Positions 24,621 through 38,697 of a stretch of 64,000 bases of DNA are shown piece by piece. Under the pieces are notes generated by a model. The model worked only from the letters and a program-made list of their open reading frames with translations, had not been told where the DNA came from and did no database searches. The stretch is from Podarcis pityusensis (lineage: Eukaryota). The stretch's first letter is position 1. Each line of letters opens with the position of its first letter. The stretch lies in NCBI GenBank assembly GCA_964106645.2, contig OZ067051.1; one strand, 5' to 3'. Made by a program: the position numbers and the translations under genes.

Positions 24621-27600
24621 ATAACATTCTTGGGTAGCTTCTTAACAATATGTATATACTATTAAAATTTAAAATTTAAATAATAAAAACAGTTTAAAAA
24701 TAATTATAATTAACAGTATAAGAGATTAAAACAGTCAACATCTACATTTCATTCTTATCCCATCATCTCACTTAAAAAAATAAAATTAAGGAGTAAGTTC
24801 ATTATCTACTCTTGCTCTGTTCACAGGTGCCACATTTGCAACCATTCCTTAGTCCTGAAAGCTCTTACTGGCCCTCCTTCTGAACCTATTTGAGTGCTTA
24901 CCTGGAAGACTGGGTTTTGAGTTATGCTTATTTCCCCCATGAATTGGGGGCAAGAGCACAAGAGCATTGTTGGTCATAGAAAATGAGTGTATTTATTTTC
25001 AAGAAGACAGGGTTGTGCTCCACACCAACTCATCCTTCATAGCTAACATTTATTTGACTTTCCATATGAATTTGTTGGGCTTTCCATGTAAAAAAAAAAC
25101 CCCGAACAGTTGTCCCACTAAATTTTGCCCCAATCTACTTCTCCCAAAGAGATACTTTGGCAATAGCCAGGTTCTTTGTGTTTACATATTTGTAGATCTT
25201 CAAATGTCCTTTCTCTTGTTTATGAGGCTGAGGGTCATTCTGCTCCTCCAAGGAACAGTGCCTACTTTTTCTAGAAACCTGACCTTTCCGCAGAAGTATT
25301 AATGCTACTGTAGATTGCATTTTCAGGGTATGCACTTGCATTTTTTGCAACAGAAGGCTGAAGACAATACTAGCTATAAGTGGGAGTTTCCAATAACCTT
25401 GCCGTTAGTTCTCGCTTTGATTGTAGCTATACAGAATAGTCTGAAGAAGGAGCAAAATATATTTAGTTTTAGTTCTTGGAAAGTTGCCAGATGCCTTGTG
25501 TGGGAAAGGAATCTTAATGATTAAACAGCTCATCTCCAACTTGAGTAAAGGGGGATGTATGCAAATAATAGCTATGTGTCCAGTTCCTGTAGAACACAAG
25601 TCACAGCTCACTACGTAGCTTGTGTTTGTGCCTGTTAAAGATCTTTCCCTGGCAATCTAAGGTTTCATATGTGGGGTTTCAGGAGGGTGACGACAGCTGT
25701 TCAGCAGCCAGGTCAAAATTAGATTTGTTGATGCAATGCTGCTTGGTAAGTAACAGTGTCTCTTAGTCTGTGTTTGGGCCCAGAGGGAACTGTAGACAGC
25801 CAGGTTTCTCAATTGTTTCCAGTATCTCTAGCTGTTGGGTACACTGCTTTGCAGTTTTATACGAGTAATTACACTGGTCCAGTTCAGACAGTTGCCAAGC
25901 CAGTCAGGCAATTGGGAGCATCCCATTCTCTTACACACCCCTCCCTTATTATTCCCTCTTTTCCCTGAAACTGTTGTTTCACATTGCATCTGAACCAGCA
26001 TTGCAATAGGTACCTCTAACCTTAGACTCCCCTCAAACCTATGGCTGAGACCAGAATTATAACCTGATTTCAACTTCTGGTTAACTGTGCCAATTTGGTG
26101 ATTATTAGACATTGTTTATTTATTTATGAATAGTTTCCTATGAGCCATCTCAAAACAATTTCACATTACAGAAAAAACATATATAAAAACAATTGGATGT
26201 ATATATAGAGCACACATAGTTTTAGAAATTGCATGTATAAATGCAGTACACTTATGGACTGGGATAAAACTCTTTTCTGAGACTCTGTACACATTCCCAT
26301 TTACTCCGGCTCCAGTGCCTTCCCGCTGCTGATATTTGAAACTGTGTACATACGATGTTAGCTGCAATCCATATGCATCCTGTAGTTTCCTGTGAGATAC
26401 TGCTGTTTGATGCATTATCTCTCAAACCAGCTTCCATCTGATTTGTAAATGTAAGCTGCAGTTAAGCAGAGATGTATAGATCTGAGATCTCTGTTGTGCA
26501 TGTGCAGATGACAACTTCATTGAATAGGAGTTTTGTGGGGTTGTGGGTGCGAGTAAATAAACCAGATAATGCGCTTAGGGCGAAGACATCACTGTGCCAA
26601 ATTGCACAAATGTTAAAATTAGCTGCAAGGTCATTAACTTTCCGTACTTTGTCATAGACCTTTTATAAATGAGTTCCCCAACCTACGTACTCTGTGTTCT
26701 CTGTTGGTCAGGTGTTTGGGGCGTTTCTGAGCATCAACATCCTCTTCTGGGTTTTGAAGCAAATTACAGCTAATTAATTTTTGTCGTCAAGGCATTGCAA
26801 TCCGGACACATTCACGTGCGCTGCATGTGTTCTGAATGTACTTGTCTGGCAGAACCGCCTTACCATTCCAGCTCCACACTACTGAGCTGTGGTTGTGTGA
26901 ATGCTAATTCTGGACTGAGGCCTTTTACCTTACAGTATGTGTTTGGCCATAGCCTGTCCTGTCACTGTCGGAACAGCAAGCACAGAGCACTTCATTTAAT
27001 CTATGAGGTGCTCATTTCACAAATGGAGTGAACATTTCCTAACAAACCCCTTTGTCTTCAAGGCCAAATTATAGCTATTATTATTATTATTATTATTATT
27101 ACCCCACCCATCTGGCTGGATTTCCCCAGCCACTCTATGTGAAATAATATTCTTTTTTAAAAATATTGGCAACTCCCTCTTTGCATGGGGGTTGTGTTTT
27201 GGGTCATTGCAATTGTGTGAAATCAGAAAGCCCATTGAAAAAGCCTGCAAACACCCTGCCCCACCCCCCAATTTAGTGATGTTTCAGTGACATCCTTATG
27301 ACGTTTTCACATTGCTTCCAGATTTGGCACTGTACACGTATGTGTGACCATGCACATAACGGTAGTTGCCTGTTTTAGCACATTGGTACAGGACAGATCA
27401 AAACTGTTCTGAGAACCTGGCCCTGCATGAGTAACTTGCCTTACTACTATATTAAAAGCAAGCACTGGATTTCATCTACCGGTAGTTTAATAACCAGAAT
27501 CTTGTGTCAACTAGTGTCCTCCTTTTGTCCAAAGCAGCATTTTGTCATTCTTAAGTCTTAGTCACTATGAGTTTTAGCCAAATACTTCATACTCAATGTT

Positions 27601-29625
27601 GACCTTTTTAAGTGAATGGGACTATATTAGTCATGCTCATGCATTTCTAAGGGTTTGTTCTTGGTAGGACTAGCATTGGATACAACCCTTTGAGGGCAGC
27701 ACATCACTTCTTCTTAAGGCTCACCATGAGAGAGGTGGGTTGGCTTTGGTTCTTGCATGTTCGTCCTCTCCCTCCTCCTAGTCCTGTACTGATGATGATT
27801 GCTGACATTTAGCATGATGTCAGCAGTCAGAATAGAATCCCTGGTTTGTGTCTAGCATGCACATAAGAGCACAGATGAACAGTGTTTGTGCGCCTGATGT
27901 GATCTTAAAACAGGGTGAATTAGTTTATATCAGCCTTGAAGGCACCCTTTTGCCCAGTAAGTCTAAAAATACCAGCCTTTACAGCTAATATTGCTCAATG
28001 TTTTGTGTTGTGTTCTTATGAAAGAACATTTCTTCATGCTTCTGTTACTTGATCTGCTACGTAAATCTAGGCATTTTGCAACCTTAAATTGTGGTTTTGT
28101 TTAAAATTTTAGCGTTTCCTTCAGTTTCAGTCTAGTAGCCCTTAAGCTAATCTCCATTCAGTTTTTCTACTTATTGTAAAAGACTGAAAACTCAAAAATC
28201 CTGCTTTCTGGCTGCAGCAGAATTAGAGAAGGGAAGCAGGGCTGTTCCATCAGCTCTGCTGAGAGACCGGTTGCTTTTGGCTCTTCGTCATCATCACCTG
28301 TCACTTAGCAAGGGTTGTTATAATAATTTTAATAATAATTTATTATTTATAACCTGCCCATCTGGCTGGGTTTCCCCATTTCATCATTCCATCATTCCTC
28401 ATTCCATTATTCCATCAGGCCACCTGAACTGTTTCCACCCCAGCTGGTCTCTATAAGAATTGTAACTTTAAGAAATTGTCCTTGAGTTAGCTTTCCCCCT
28501 CCTCCCTACCCATTTCTTTTTCCTTTAGTCTTTTACACTATAAGCCTGAAGGCAAGGCTAGAGTTTTTCTTTCTTTTTTTTTAGTTGATCTGGAAACTAC
28601 TCTGAAACATTTTCTGCTGAAGCGTGGAATAAGAATGCTTTGAATAAGACTGGAATCCAAAGAGCTACTGCAGGCCCATCCAAGCCTTCAGTGTGCTGTG
28701 TGGGATTTTTTTTTTTTGCGCTCCAAACCATACAAAAATACTTTATAAATGCTTAGTTTTAAAAGTAGCTTGCATTCAGGACTGCTTCTTGAAAAACACA
28801 TACCCAAAGGCCCTTTGGATGAGCAAAACTAGCTGTGTGGCTCTTTAGATCACAGTCTAAACATTTCAAAGTGACTCCCTTAAAATGCCTGAGCTAAAAC
28901 AAGTTCCAGGAATACAGATCTGGCACTAGATTTGTGATTGCATTTTGGATCAGCCTTTAGGGTGTGTACATAAGCGCCTTTGCTCTCTTCGAGGTGATTA
29001 GTTGAATCAATCCCAGCTAAACAGGGCTGTCTCTTTCAAAGCACAAGCCGAGCCAGACTCCCTCTTTCCATTCCAGTGGCACAAATGAAATGTTAAAAGA
29101 AAAATGTGTTGTTACATGAAACACATCACTTTTTGTTTACTTAACTGTTTTGATTGGTGCAGTTCTCAATACCTAGAAAACATTTAGTTTAGTATCAATG
29201 GAAAAAAATACTATTGTGGGTGCTGTAAACTCTTGGCTTTTTTCAACAAAGTGCAGTTTAATAGTATCTGTCAAGTGTACTATAAGCAGCACTGTAGGTA
29301 TGGACAGGGTTTAGCTTTTTATTACACCATTTAAGAGAACCTTGTAAACAGAACAGAGCATGCCTAAGACTTTTGAAAAAGCTGTCCAGAAGAGGAAGTG
29401 CTTAGGGTTCATGTGACTTTTGATAAGGGATATCTAACATTAGCAGCCACATTAAAAACGCACACTACTTCTGATACCAGTGGCATTTCCCCTCCTCTTC
29501 CAAAGCATTATTTGCAGTATTCTAAAGTACTGGCTGAACCAAGCAAGAGCTCTTTTTTCTGTCTTTTAAACTGTTATATAGCACTGTGTTTTCAACTTTT
29601 TGCAGTATGATTTGAAACAGTGACC

Positions 29626-29702
29626 ATGGATTTTTCACGTCTTCACACGTATACCCCTCCCCAATGCGTGCCAGAGAACACTGGCTATACTTATGCACTC
29701 AG
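29626..29702 (+). CDS. SUN1: SUN1 coding exon 1 (77 bp CDS; exon begins at 29606 or 29621)
   Basis: Kozak-like accATGG; MDFSRLHTYTPPQCVPENTGYTYAL; AG|gtgaga. Confidence 0.95.
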
Positions 29703-32700
29703 GTGAGAATCTTTTTCCTTATGGAGAAGCTGCCTTCTATAGGGCCTGGTTTCTTTGTATGTTGTGGTTTTGTGGCAAGATTTAAATCAAGGAAAGAAAC
29801 CTGGCATTTTATTATAAATCTATCTGATTTTCCTGTTTATAGATACATGTAGCAGTTTGGTTTTAGGTTTTTACAGTGGATTCTAATCCAGCACCACTGG
29901 TGACTAAGACAGTGACTCAGGATTTGGCAGTAGCTGTAAATAAAGTATTTGGGAACCACACCCAAATACCATTGTTTTAGCTTGCAAATGCAGGGTGGGG
30001 GGTATTACATGGCAGGGTGTGTGTGTAGATAACTTAATATAGTTCCATACTGCAATGAGGAATCCTTGTCAGTTTTGCAGAGTAAGTACAAAGGTATAAA
30101 TTTACTATTACTCGTAATTGTGCTTTTATTGCTAAGTTTTGCAATAAACTTTTAATGTTACATGATCCTGCAGTATTAATATGGGCAGGGGTAACTGTTA
30201 GGAAGATAGTATTGTCAGAGATTTGTCAGGTTGCCTAGACCTAGATGAAAAAGGGAAATAGTAGATCAAGTTTGAGTATTACTGAATAATGGTTATGCCC
30301 CGAGTAAGTCACCATGAAAAATATGTGGAGCTTATAAACTGGTGTATCCTGTAGCTCTTTTTCTCATACTAGCCTTGTAAATAGCTACTTGTTTGGTTGC
30401 TGGTGGTCAGTTACCTCCAGGCTACCAGGTAAGAAGTTTGCTTTACCTGGAAAGGGGTTGTATCCTTCCCCTTTTCCAACCTCCACTGTGCCACCAACAT
30501 AGCATGTGTGAGAAGTAGATGGGGCTGGCTACTTTTGTGGATTTATTTCCATCTCTGAAATTTACAACTGACAATTGTTTTTCTTGCACTGTTAATGTTT
30601 GAGCAATTTTCTTGTTTGTTGGACACCATTTATGCTGTTACTAGCTAGAGTAATAAGACCTGAAAAACAATCTGCATTTGGGAGCAGCCCTCACAAATAT
30701 GCCATTAAACAAATAGGTGTTTGCCAAGTGAAAACAAATTGGGGCTAGTGGCAGCTGTCTGTAGCGCCTGGTACTTCATTTGAATAGTGTGCCTGTAGTC
30801 CATCACTTGCAGAAGTAGAATAAAAACAGCCGTATAATAACAAGTGTCAATAGTAGCTTGTGAGGAGTGTTTAAATAGACTATTGCCATCACTCCCTTAA
30901 AAGGCAAAATTGTGAGCTGCCAGGTACTAAATGAAGTTACAGCAGGAACAAGCAGTCTTTCTCAGCCCAAGAGCCACATTCCATTTTGGGCAACCTTCTG
31001 AGGGCCACATGCCTGCGATGGGTGAGGCCAGAGGCAAAAGTGGGAGGAAGAATGAATATAAATGTTATTGGTTCAAGAAAAATAGATACAAAAGGAAGAG
31101 AATTCCGGAATGCCAAGATTCAAATTTGGGGCAAGTACTCTTTGGTGAGAGAAAACCAGCGTATATAAATTCATAAAATATGAGGCAAATAAAGTGTAAA
31201 AATGTAGGATGTAAAACCTTTAAAATATGTTATTCTGGGTGAGTTCCAAAACTGTCCCATTTAAAAGTTCCTTCTGAAGTTTCCCAGCATAGAACACACA
31301 TTCGGTAACTTAAATTGGTATACTTACAAACTCACCAAAGGTATCAGGAACCTGCCCTGAGATTTATGGGTAATAATAAATAATGTGTTCTTCCATATGT
31401 CAGTTAGAAAAGTTGCAGAGGCAGTAAAAAGTAGCATAGTTACAAAGCGGTAAAACATTACTAAACTATTTGTATAGGAACACGAGAGGTTGGTGAGAGC
31501 AGTGCAGCCGAGCTGGAGGAACCAGCTCAGACCTCCTCACATGCTGAGTTCTCAAGTAGACTGGGAAGCAGGGAACAAAGAGTTGTTTACCTGTTTCTGC
31601 CCAGGGTAAGGGGAAGTGACATAGCTAAGCTTGGCAGGACAGCTTACTCTATGGTATTAAACCCTTCATGCATCAATTAGACTAAAGCATGCTGGTTATA
31701 TGAAGCTGGTTATCCTGTAAATTTTACATGCATCCATCTCTGTCCTTTATTCAGACAAGCAAGAGGTATGATCAGAGTTCAAGGACCCATTCAAAGAACA
31801 CTCAGGCTTGGAAGCAGGGCCTCTGAAGGGTACAACCTGGTCAGAGTTTCAAAGGCCAGCTAGAAACCTGGAGGCCTGCTTTCGGCCCCTGTGCTTGAAC
31901 TTCCCCATCTGTCAGTTATCGTAGAACATGCTTTTAATGCATCTTAAGCAACCCTGGTCTAGCTTATCTGAGTCCCAATACGATTTGGGCTGCTGTGCAT
32001 GGCCTAGTTCTCTCTCAGACAGAAAACCTGTGTCTGGGCTGTCCCACTTCAGACAGTGGGTGGGGGTAGGGACTCGACACACATGATTGAATGTGGCACT
32101 CCACACTCAATCCCTGCAGACCCCTGATTATTTCTAGACAAGCTGGAGATAATTCTCCTTTGTGGTGGTTAATCTTAAAATGATTAGCAAATAATTTAGG
32201 CTCTCCTCTGCCCATGTGCTGGAATGTTCCCTTCCATGCCAGTGGAAGGGAAGACTATATGCAGTTTTTTCCTGTGTGTGAAACTGCAGAATTAATGGAG
32301 AAATATGTTTATATATGCAATTAAAAGTCTAGAGTATAAATCTTGGATCCTGGGAAGCTGCTTTATACCAAGCTAGGTGAACCAATGGTCTGACTCAGTA
32401 TTACACATTGATTGGCAGCAGCTCTCTAGGGTTTCAGACAAGGGTCTTTCTCAGCCCTACCTGGACATATTTATTAGGATTGAAACATTTTGTTTGCAAA
32501 GCACATGTTCTGCCGCTGAGCTACCCCATTCTTCCCCATAAATGATTGAACCCAATCTTCTGTTATGATTGCAGTCTCCTGGCATTCCTGCTTTTAAAAC
32601 TGAAGCTGTGCATGTTTTTGTCTCTGGGTTTTATTGGTGTAACTCAGAAGATAAGCCATTTTTGGCCTGCAACAGTTTCAGTTTAATAACTTTTAGCAAT

Positions 32701-35700
32701 GAGATTCTCAAGCCAGAATTCTGTTTTTTTCCTCCCTCTAACACTAACCACACAACGCTCAAGGCTGCTTTCTCTTCATCGTTAGTTCCACTTCACTGAC
32801 ATTTGGTTTAATGTGGCATTACATTTTCTTCTCCATGAAAAGGGAGTCTCTTCAGACCATTGTTTTGCTTTTAAAAATGTAATCCTAAATTAAGGTAAAG
32901 GTACCCCTGCCCGTACGGGCCAGTCTTGACAGACTCTAGGGTTGTGCGCCCATCTCACTCAAGAGGCCAGGGGCCAGCGCTGTCCGGAGACACTTCCGGG
33001 TCACGTGGCCAGCGTGACAAAGCCGCATCTGGCGAGCCAGCGCAGCACACGGAAACGCCGTTTACCTTCCCGCCAGTAAGCGGTCCCTATTTATCTACTT
33101 GCACCCGGGGGTGCTTTCAAACTGCTAGGTTGGCAGGCGCTGGGACCGAGCAACGGGAGCGCACCCCGCCGCGGGGATTTGAACCGCCGACCTTTCGATC
33201 GGCAAGCCCTAGGCACTGAGGCTTTTACCCACAGCGCCACCCGCGTCCCAATCCTAAATTAGTTTCTCCTAAAATAACTTATATTTTCATGGGTGCATTT
33301 AACAACTTTGTTTTTGCTACCACAGACTAACATGGCTCCCTGGATATAAGGACAGACCACTTGTTATTGCAGGCACTGTGCTGGCCCTTGAAAAATGTAT
33401 CACCATTTTTAAATTATTATTATTTTTAGTTTACCACATTACTTGATTGTAATAGTAAAACCTCTAAGTTGTTTACAAAAAAGCATTAGAATTAACAAAT
33501 GAAAACAGGTATTTAAAAACAATCATAATATAATAAACAAAAAGCAGTTGCTGAGTACTGCAAAGATGCCTGTCTGATATCAATAGGCGGTGCTGCCACA
33601 CTAAAAAATCAGATTCTTACAAGTGTGGAACAAGTCCTGTATGGCACCTGTAACAGTGCCAGTTCTGTAGATTGGAGTGAATGGATACTTATGGGGTAAG
33701 GCAATCCACAATTAAACTGGTCCCAGGCTGTTATGGACTTGATATACTAACAGTAATACCTTGAACTCGGTCATTTGACAAATTGGGTTCCCATGCAGAT
33801 ATCTGAGCAGAGGCGTTATATGCTGACGAGGTCTCACTCCTGTCAGCAACTGTGCTGCAGCATTCTGCACTAATTGCAGTTTCCAGAGCAAGTACAGTAG
33901 AGTGCATTTCAGTCATGGGGAGAGTCACCATGTCTGTCACCCCCACTCTTTCCTAATGATGACTTCACTGTATCCTGCCACTTGATAGTAGTAGTAGTGG
34001 TGCTGGGCAGGGAAACACATGGGATGGTGTTTTACGTGCAAAAGTGAAGCTGTGTGCTGCAGGAAGAAAGTAGCATAGGGAAGACCAATAGGTGATCCTT
34101 TGTGGAGAGCACCTGCCTCGTCTACTCCAAAGTTTGTGTCACAGTTCTGCTTGTAAACTTAGTTTCTGGCCATGTTTGCCAAGCTGCTACGCCTTTTAGG
34201 CTTCAAGATAGGACATATTTGAAAGGAAGTGAAACTACCCAAACTGATCCCTCGGACAAATTGAAACTTTAACATATATATAGAAGGATCTGGTAACTTC
34301 TGTTTCAGTGTATCTGAAGAAGTGTGCATGCACACGAAAGCTTATACCAAGAACTAACTTAGTTGGTCTTTAAGGTGCTACAGGAAGGAATTTTTTTATT
34401 GAAACTTTAACAGTGATGATAAAAACACAAAACCTTTTTGGAACCAGAGGGCCACATTTTCTTCTTGGCAGCATTCCAGGGAGTGCATACCAGTGGTAGG
34501 CAGCGCCATAAACAAAAGTGGCAGAACAAGAGATGTGACCCTTTTCTTTGTGTAGGAGGTTACAGTCCACCCATGCAAAAACTAGAGGTTTATATAAACA
34601 TACATACCTCTGTTCTCCCAAGCAAGCAAGAAGCATCATCACAGTTTCAAGGACACATTCCAGCAATGCAAAAGTACTCAATGAAGTTATGGTCTGTGGG
34701 AGAAGTTACACCCCTGGGGAGAGTGACAAGGGCCAAATAAAGAGGCCTGAGATTCTCTACCTTTACTCTAGGCTTCAAAACTAACTTTCCTGAAGCACTG
34801 GAATATTTATTCATTCATTTAAAATATTTAAAACCTTTTGAGGCTACTCTGAGAAATTAGTTAAAGTGATAAAAAGATACATGCCCACTCCATAGCAATA
34901 AGTAAATAACTGGACATTATTTTGTTTAATGTCCAATCCTGTAGAACAGCAGATGATTAAAATGATTATTTTATTGCAACAGCTCACATCCTGAATGTCT
35001 TCATAAGCAAGTGGGCCTCACGTTTCCCCCTTGAGATTAAGAAAGAGGTAGATTTCAAAGCCTTGAAAAGGATGGTGTTCCTTTCCGATGTTCTGATCTT
35101 TCTGCATGATGGGAAGTAGCATTGATCTTCAATAAAATGTTGGGTTTGCACAAGGAGAAACGGGGACTCTCTCAGATGAGCAAGGCCCAAAGAGATTCAA
35201 AGATTTAAGTGCCTTGATTTTTACTTGGAAGCATTAACAGCAATCCGTATGGATTGCTCAACAGCAGTTAATTATACTCCTGTCTCCTCCTCTCTGTTGA
35301 GAAGCTGCCTGCTGCCTTCAGCAGATATACCAAAATCTTTTTCTGTCTTTTCTTTATAGTTCAAGCTACTCATCAACTGCTCTAGATTTTGAGACTGAAC
35401 ACAAACTGGACCCTGTGTTTGACTCCCCAAGAATGTCAAGGCGCAGCTTACGTTTGTCTGCTGTAACATATAACACACCTGAGGATACACACAATGAAGG
35501 CATCTTTGGTGGTGGCAGCGGCTCCTATGGCGGGAAAAAGGCATTTGCAGACCAGTCAACTAAGTAAGCATTTCTTTTAATAGGTACTTCATGTAAGTTA
35601 CCTTCTTACTGCTTCCATTCTATTAAATTTTAAGGGGTTCAACTGCAAGCTGTGATTTTTGTTTTGTATTTCTATATTGCATTGGGAATTATGATAGTTA

Positions 35701-38656
35701 CTAGTTTTTCTTTAAAAGGTTTGGGTTTTCAGTGGGCAAAAAGAGGAGTACTGCTCCTCCCAAAGTTAGGCATCTTCTCCTGGAGAACTGAAGGTGATGC
35801 TTCAGTTTTGCAAATACCTCTGTTGTACTGTAGAATTTCTTTAAAAGAATATTTGTTAAAAAATGGTACTAGTTACTATTGTAGCCTCCAGTTGAGTTAG
35901 GTTTTCTTCCCTAACCTTTTAGCACATGCTTTTGTGACTCTTGAGTCCAAGAAAAGTAGCAGCAGCAATTGGAGAGTGTGGTTTGTACGAGATACTCAAA
36001 GTACTGGTTAGTTGAGGATGGAGCTTCTATACTTTTAATAGTTGCATAATCTTAAGAGTGGGGCATTCATGCTGTGAAGCATTAATGTAAGCTCAGTGTT
36101 CTGCGTCCCCAGCTAAAATAAAAGAGGCAAGTAGATCTTCAAGACAGCTATATATGTAGTCCACATGGCTACATTATTTTCAGACCTGTCAACCACAGGA
36201 GATGCTTCTCTGGTGACCAGTGACTGGTTACATTTCTGGACTGTTCAAATGGATTGATTAACTCTGTAACTGGAAATTCTAGTAATCATTTTGTCTTGTT
36301 TTGCATTGTGCACTCAGTGTGGTTAACATTGCATTTTTTTGGGGGTGGGGGGAGTTTCTCATTGGAGGTTCTCATCAGAGAAAGCTATGCAGTATCATTC
36401 AGGTTATTTTAATCTTGTTCCTTTTTCCGTCATTAGCTGGAATATCTTTTGTCTACCCCTCCCTTACCATGATTTAAATTGTTTATTCTATCAGTGATTC
36501 TGGCTGATCACAAATATGTTCATACTAGATACTAGATGGAAGGAGGTAATATTCACAAGAAAAACATTTTAGGATTATGGATTATCTTGGCTTCTTATGA
36601 GAACTCAAAAGCCGCAAATGGCATGTAACGCAGTTCCTTCTGACCTCAGTGGGACTTAAGTAGAACCATTTCACATGTACACATTGCCTGCACAGCCACC
36701 CTATCCCCTGTAGAAAATGTATGAACTGTTCATTGGGTTAATCCCAATGAAATGGTTTGTGAGTGGCACTCTTTAAACCCTGTTACTGCATCTTTATTTT
36801 AAAGTAGTCCCTTCTGAGTTGCTTCCAAGTAGGACAACATAAGTCACATGTTACTCAGTGGGGCTTCCTACAAGAAACCCCACTATTAATCTGCATTCCA
36901 AAGGATGCTTATTTAATCACCAAAGTTCATGGACCTTGCTTCTTGGAAATACTATTACAGTAACAGAGGATTCAGAATGTATATGTGCATATTGTTTTGT
37001 TTATGATGTGACCATTTCTAGTGCTAAAAATAAAATAAAATTGGCATAGTCAGTCAAAAAATTAAAAGTACAATTGATTTAAAATGGGAGAAATGCAGAC
37101 TTTTACTTACTTCATGCATTAAAAGTGGGACTTTAAAGGGTTAACTTTGCCTAGATTATACTACTTTATTTAGAAGCTACAGCTATTTAATTTTAATTGG
37201 ACTTGTTTCCAAATTTAGGATCAGTGGTTTAAAAAAGGACTTCTGCATATTTTTTGGCATAGTATATAGAACAAGGTTGGCTTGAAAAGAGATCCACAAA
37301 TTTGGAACAGCTTTGGTATGCAACCATTATGTATAGTTGTGACCCTTCTTTCCTCCCATGAGTCCTTTGGGGAAAAAGAATGTGATGTTACACCAGGTAC
37401 CAGAGTTGTGCAGAAGCAGTGTTTGTCACTGCTTGTGATTATTGTGCAAAGTCAGAGATTGCCCTCCTCCTCTCATAAGTCATATAGAACTCTGGGAGGG
37501 GCTGGCTTGATATTTTCACAATGCATATGCTTTCAAAGATGCTTAGAAGCAGAATGAAAACATTTTTCTGTGTATGCCACAAAATTTGTGACAAGGTGGA
37601 TCTTCTTTCCTCATTGGCACCTATAGGTTAGCAGTTCTCAGGAAGAGATTTATTGTTATCATAAACTACCCTGGAAGTTCAGTTTTCACACAGTTCAGAC
37701 GCCTTGTGAAGCCATGATTGTGGTGTCCTAATTTCTCTGTCATTTCGACTAAGCTGGGAATTCTTAACAGAAAGAAAACAAAAAAACCAGCAAGCAACTC
37801 TGAAATAAACTGTACTTTGCCTCATTGTTTAGATTACAATCTGTGTTTCCACATTATATAGACCCTGTGGTTAGCATAGACTGTAGACTGGTGTATTTGA
37901 ATTGAGCCACTATCTGCTGTGTGATGGTTTTAATGTTGAAGTAATGTTTCCCAACAACAAAATTATTATTTATACCCCACCCATCTGGCTGGGTTGCCCC
38001 AGCCATTCTGGGTAGCTTCCAACGCATATAAAAACACATTAAAATGTCAAACATTAAAAACTTGCTGATACAGAGCTGCCTTCACATGTCTTCCTAGTTT
38101 AAGAGGAAAGGAAAACTGCTTCCTTTTTTGTTGCTATAGCCAGAGTAACACTGACATGGCTTCAGAAGACCTGCTGGATTATTATGCCCCTTTTCTTTTG
38201 CCTTGTGTTACAGATTCTTAATATGCCTGAAATGTTGGTAAATGTTTCACATTTATGCTTTGACATTTCTTTTTCTTTAAGGTTTGTAAAGCAGCGTAAA
38301 AGTGTGGTGAAACAGTCTGGCTCTATAAGACATACCCCAAGAAAAAGTGTGCCCAGCTCTTCCAGTTTTAGCCACAGTAGTTTCAGTAGCCACGCAAGTG
38401 ATGGCTCTTTAATGTCAACCATATTGGATGAGTCTTCAATACAGGAGCAGACAGCTGTTGACCATTTTTGGGGTAGGTAATAATGTACTACAATACACAT
38501 ACCGTATATTTAGCATGTATACTCTTATCTGTCATGTCAGTTCTAGTTCAAAGGGCAAGCTGCATTATACTCAATAAGGCAGAGTAAGAAAGAAATGGTT
38601 ACACATCTAGGCCACTGTCACGGCTAAAATGGCCGCTGTTTCTTACATTTCAAAAC

Positions 38657-38697
<41 letters not shown>

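Noticed and set aside
32926-33219. 97-aa ORF and tRNA-like sequence
   Set aside because: Entirely within a Sauria SINE; the A/B boxes belong to the SINE head, not a tRNA gene
38473-38480. Tandem donors 4 nt apart (gtaggtaa; also gtaagtaa at 41204 and 55932)
   Set aside because: A common by-product of the donor consensus; use would frameshift and there is no supporting evidence
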